Positions 37,001 through 41,117 of a stretch of 41,117 nucleotides of DNA are shown piece by piece. The notes beneath the pieces are model-generated. The model was not told where the DNA came from and did no database searches. It saw only the letters and a program-made list of their open reading frames with translations. Origin of the DNA: Intoshia linei (Eukaryota; Animalia; Orthonectida); assembly GCA_001642005.1 (NCBI GenBank), contig LWCA01000197.1:1-41117 (forward strand). Direction: 5' to 3'. Position 1 is the first letter of the stretch. Each line of letters opens with the position of its first letter. A program made the translations under genes and the position numbers.

Positions 37001-40000
37001 AACAGTTTTTGTATACGTATTATAAAATCAAATAAAATTTTTTAATTGAGAATATTATTTTAAATCTATTTATATAGGATCATACGCATCTGATCAAAAC
37101 ACGGTTGCATGTAAATTAGCGCCCATAGGAACTTATGTATCGGAATATGGTCAAACAACAACAAAAAATTGCTTTAAAGGCTATAATTTAAAATTGGGAT
37201 CAACGAAATGTACACCATGTCAAATTGGTTATGAATGCACCTCAACTTCCAATAAAAAATGTTCACCCGGTTATTATTCGATTGATCCGGCATTCAAATG
37301 TATTGCATGTGAAGCAGGAAATTATTGCACATATGAAGGAGTAAAATATCCCTGTCCAAATGGATATTTTGCTGTAGCAGGTCAAACAAAGTGCACCATG
37401 TAATATTAATCAACTGAAAACTGATTATTTAACTTAATTTATTTTTTACATTATTTATGCTAGATGTCCCGCTGGTTTTGCATGTACCGCCGCGAAAATT
37501 GGAAGCAAGTGTGTTCCGGGTACATACAAAAGGGAAGGAATTTATGTATGCGTTAACTGTCGTGCAGGTAAAATAATATATAAACATTTTCCAACGTTAA
37601 ATTTTTTCAAATTTGTACTAGTAATACATTTACATTTATTATAATAAGAATTAACAATCTTAATTCAATAATAAATAAATTTTTAAATTATATTAATAGG
37701 ATATTACTGTCCTAACGTTTATGAAAATTTGGAAATTCGATGTGGAATAGGACATTATTGTCCACAGTTATCAAGCATGTTCAATATTTGTGGAGTGGGT
37801 AAATTTTTTTAGTCTCTTTATTGTTATGAAAAGTTTCAATATTTTTAATCTTAACTATAAGATCTAGTAAGAAGAAGGGTTTTAATGGCATTTAATTATG
37901 AATAATAGTATATTGTTGTTTAGGAAAATATTGTCCTACTCCAGCAGTCGAATTGGATTGTCCTAAAGGATCATTCTCTTTTGGTAGTGCTGCCTATTGT
38001 ACAATGGTAATTCACAAAATATCGTTTCTTCAGGGCCTTTAGTGCAGATATACCATAACTCAAATTATGCACGACTAATGGGACCTAGACTCTAGGTTTA
38101 ATTAATTTCACTGTCACAAGTTTCAAATTTTATCTTATTTTTTATTCTAAGGGCGTTGAGCATGGTAGATTCGACTGTCCATAATTATCGAATAAGCTTA
38201 TGATATACATTTAGGCAAAAGTTGGATTTTATTCAAATAATGTTGCCGTTGAAGATATTCAATGCGCTGTAGGATTTTATACCTCCAAGGTTCAGCAACA
38301 ATCTTGTTTAAAATGTATAGCTGGATATTATTGTAAAAGTGGTAGCACCCAAAAAAACCCAGAAGAAGGATATTGCAAAAAAGGTAGTTTCAATATGTAC
38401 TATTATAATGATTTATTACTAATATTGGTGACATATCTGTCCAATTTTGAAAGTAGTGTAAACATTCTAACAAAAATTATCAACTAGCTGGACTGTTATG
38501 TACTTCGTAGAAACAGCATCTAGTTCTACCGAGGGTTATTTTAATTAATTTTTAATTTTAAGAAGAATATGAATTTCAGAAAAAATAAAATTTTAAATAT
38601 CCGTAGTTACTGCCGATCCTACCGTACCCGAGACTTGTCTTCGTGAAAATTCGAAGAAATTTTTTAAAAATGAGAAATTGTTTAGTAATGATAAAAAATC
38701 GGAAGGAATCAATTTATGATATTGAAATCCATACTTTTGTATTTAAAATTTGTTTACAGTCAATTTCCATTTTCTTTGAAAATGTAAAATGAATATTTAG
38801 ATTTTCATTTTTAATTTTAATCAAAAATTAAAAATATATTGATAGATAATAAATTAAAAGTTATTTTCACCACTAATGCGTAGATTTCTGATGTTGAAAT
38901 GAATACCAAAGTACTTTCTTAATCATTAGTTACTTTATGAAATTACATTCTTTTTATGTGTTAACTGGATGAGCTGTAATTTTTGATAAAATTTTTAGTA
39001 AAAATTAGAACTTTTTAATTTGCTTTTTTAAAAAATAGAGTAAGTTGTGGTTTTAACCATGAAGATGTAAGTTTCTGAGGCTGAGATTTACGACAATAAT
39101 AATGATTTTAAAATGCATTCGATATTTTTGGATTTTAAAATTCTGCGGCTGATTTTATTTTTAAAAAATGATGAGAATTGAGTTTTTGACCCTGAATGAC
39201 TCAATTGCTGAAAGTTAATCTTGAACTCTTAAAAAACCTTACGAGACATTAGTTTTTTCAATTTCTAGGACTATTAATTTTGAAACACACATTTAATGTT
39301 ATATAAGTAAACGATAATATCGAGATTGCTGGCTTTACAAGATGTTTATCTATATTAGTTCAAACTTAAAAAATTGTTTTTGGAAAATATGATATATATC
39401 GTCAAAACTATATAAGGTTTCCTTAAATTCCGACTGTTCCGGAAATGAGTCCACGGATTCACTATACATCATTACATTTAGTACGTATCAATATTTATTA
39501 TATTTTATTATTATAGGAACGTATTGTCCAGATGGAGCATCAATAGTAAACTGGTAACAAAATATTTACATACTGCCATATTATGTATTTCGGTGCTGCT
39601 CAACCGGTCATCTGAGAATCTGCGGATCAATAGTGTTCGACGATAAAATTTTATTTATGATTAAAATAAGCATATAATTTCATTATAATAAAATTCGATG
39701 GAAAATGCATTAATTTCATCTATTAATAAAAATTTTTCATAGAATCAATCTCAATGATAAATCCATTTAATAGCAAAAGAATTTTCGTGGAATAATATTT
39801 ATATTTGTCTTTCAAATGTTCTCAAACTATGTATATAAATAAATCGTGTATGTTAAATGACAGTTTTATACCACCAACACAAAACACCACATACATGTAG
39901 TTCCCTGTATAAGTGCAATTAATACTGAAATTTAAGAATCATTATCACCAAATTAAGGAAATTGTGCTGAAATAATTATTTTAAATACTCATGAATCATG

Positions 40001-40100
40001 ATAAATGTGTTTAGTCCTGCCGGAAAATATGGATATCAGGAGGGTGCTACCAGTGAAATTGACGGATGCAAAGTTTGTCCAAAGGGATTTTTCTGTTTGG
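34078..40100 (+). CDS. Second GCC2/GCC3-type cysteine-rich repeat protein, secreted or membrane-bound; 3'-partial (15 exons, 575 aa seen)
   Basis: Exons 34078-34117,34154-34183,34234-34349,34431-34619,34861-34891,34947-35154,36432-36523,36837-36956,37078-37399,37464-37567,37700-37798,37924-38006,38215-38383,39517-39553,40015-40100; phases consistent. N-terminus MNILTNLLLLLIPYYLQSILCEIG resembles a signal peptide and is followed by CPAGKQC/CPPGYKC/CPAGFYC repeats. The last donor GTAAGT at 40101 has no downstream exon in the window. Confidence 0.85.
35783..35823. repeat. Solo Helitron-like 3' terminal hairpin unit
   Basis: CTAGCTTGATTTTTATGTACTTCGCACAAACAGCATCCTAG, homologous to 38484-38523. 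Confidence 0.65.
38484..39314 (-). mobile_element. Apparently complete non-autonomous Helitron-like element
   Basis: On the minus strand: A|TCGTTTACTTATATAA ... hairpin CTGTT..TAC-GAA-GTA..AACAG ... CAGCTAG|T. It has 5'-TC, 3'-CTAG, an AT target and no TSD. Confidence 0.75.
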
Positions 40101-40506
40101 GTAAGTTATATACTTTGTTAAATATATACTCTGTAGTAAACGAATTATTTATCATACATTACAGATTATTTGTAAATATTAAAATGTAAACATTAATAAT
40201 ATAATAGTACGACATTGTTAATAAAACGATGATTTAAGCTAATGGTCTACCCATTTTTTGTTTTTCAGTGCACATTTTTTAAAGTAATTTTTGACTTTAC
40301 GGATTCATTTAATTTTTTTCCAAATACCTTAATCAAGATGATGCTATTATACAATATTAAAAATACATTTATATTAAAATCAATATTATTTACCTATTTG
40401 AAGATAACAAATATAAATCATAAGACATTTTATAATTTCTATATCTTATATTTTTTTTGAGTGTATAGAATTCGCCAAAATTTTTAAATCCAGTTTTTCA
40501 TGAATA

Positions 40507-41117
40507 CACTGCGCTACAAAACTATAGCACATTCATATAACTTCATGAATATTATTTAAAAATTATGATTTTGTTAAAAAATTTATACAATATTATGCAA
40601 CAATGTATTGTTATACTGGAAACAAAAAATTAAGATCGTTTGTTAATCTTATCGAACTTGAATATCAAATAAACTTTTTATTCCAATTTCAACTCGCGAT
40701 AAAAGTGTGCTATATAAAGTAATTTTAAAATTTTTTATTGTCTGTTTTCAGTTTTGGTCATATTTTTGGCAATAATTTTATAAAAAATTTAGATCATTAC
40801 ATTAATAATCCAAAATATGCCTCGTGGAATTTTTCTTTCAGATTATAAGAAAGGTCAAATTGATGCTTTATTGGTTGAAGAAAAAGTGGTCACATATATT
40901 GCTAAATCCATTGGAAGAAGCCGCAAAGCCATATATAACTATATTAATAGATCAGGATCTCTGAATACAACAGCAAAAATTAAAATTACCGGCAGACCTT
41001 CAAACTTAACATGTAAAGAAAAAAGAAGGATAATTAGAAAAGCCTCATATTCTGTCTTATCGGCTAGAGACATAAGAGATGAGCTAGATTTGAATAGTTC
41101 TGTAAGGACAATACAAA
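40507..41117 (+). mobile_element. 5' part of a Tc3-like DNA transposon inside a gene 2 intron
   Basis: TA (40505-40506) then CACTGCGCTACAAAACTATAGCACA as the likely left TIR. The TATAGCACA core recurs inverted near 40705. The transposase ORF starts at 40817. Confidence 0.7.
40817..41116 (+). CDS. Tc3-like (Tc1/mariner superfamily) transposase, N-terminal paired HTH domain; 3'-partial
   Basis: Open to the window end: MPRGIFLSDYKKGQIDALLVEEKVVTYIAKSIGRSRKAIYNYINRSGSLNTTAKIKITGRPSNLTCKEKRRIIRKASYSVLSARDIRDELDLNSSVRTIQ. It resembles the C. elegans Tc3A N-terminus (MPRG..LSD, RSR, GRP linker, ARDIR.EL.L..S.RTI). Missing from the ORF track because no stop is in the window. Confidence 0.88.
   Translation, partial: MPRGIFLSDYKKGQIDALLVEEKVVTYIAKSIGRSRKAIYNYINRSGSLNTTAKIKITGRPSNLTCKEKRRIIRKASYSVLSARDIRDELDLNSSVRTIQ

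Overview
Very AT-rich, intron-dense eukaryotic DNA, not prokaryotic. The many 36-45 nt GT-AG introns suggest a compact metazoan or other eukaryotic genome; an orthonectid-like genome is a guess. Most of the window is two same-strand, head-to-tail genes for cysteine-repeat proteins (CPxGxYC, GCC2/GCC3 or ephrin-receptor-like type). Gene 1 (5'-truncated, 62..33559) splices by hand into 64 phase-consistent exons and >4,600 aa. It has about 3,000 aa of Cys repeats, a beta-rich juxtamembrane domain, one TM helix and a ~1,400 aa cytoplasmic tail. Its first 49 exons are tiny (15-294 nt), but the next exon encodes mostly the same repeat type in ~3.95 kb without introns. That exon is broken only by a 126-bp scaffolding duplication around the N at 20680. 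Gene 2 (34078..>40100, 15 exons seen) starts 518 bp downstream with a signal peptide and runs off the window. Large introns hold nested DNA transposons: hAT elements and MITEs with 8-bp TSDs, a Helitron-like family, a long-TIR element, and the 5' part of a Tc3-like transposon at the right edge. No RNA genes or CRISPR arrays were seen.
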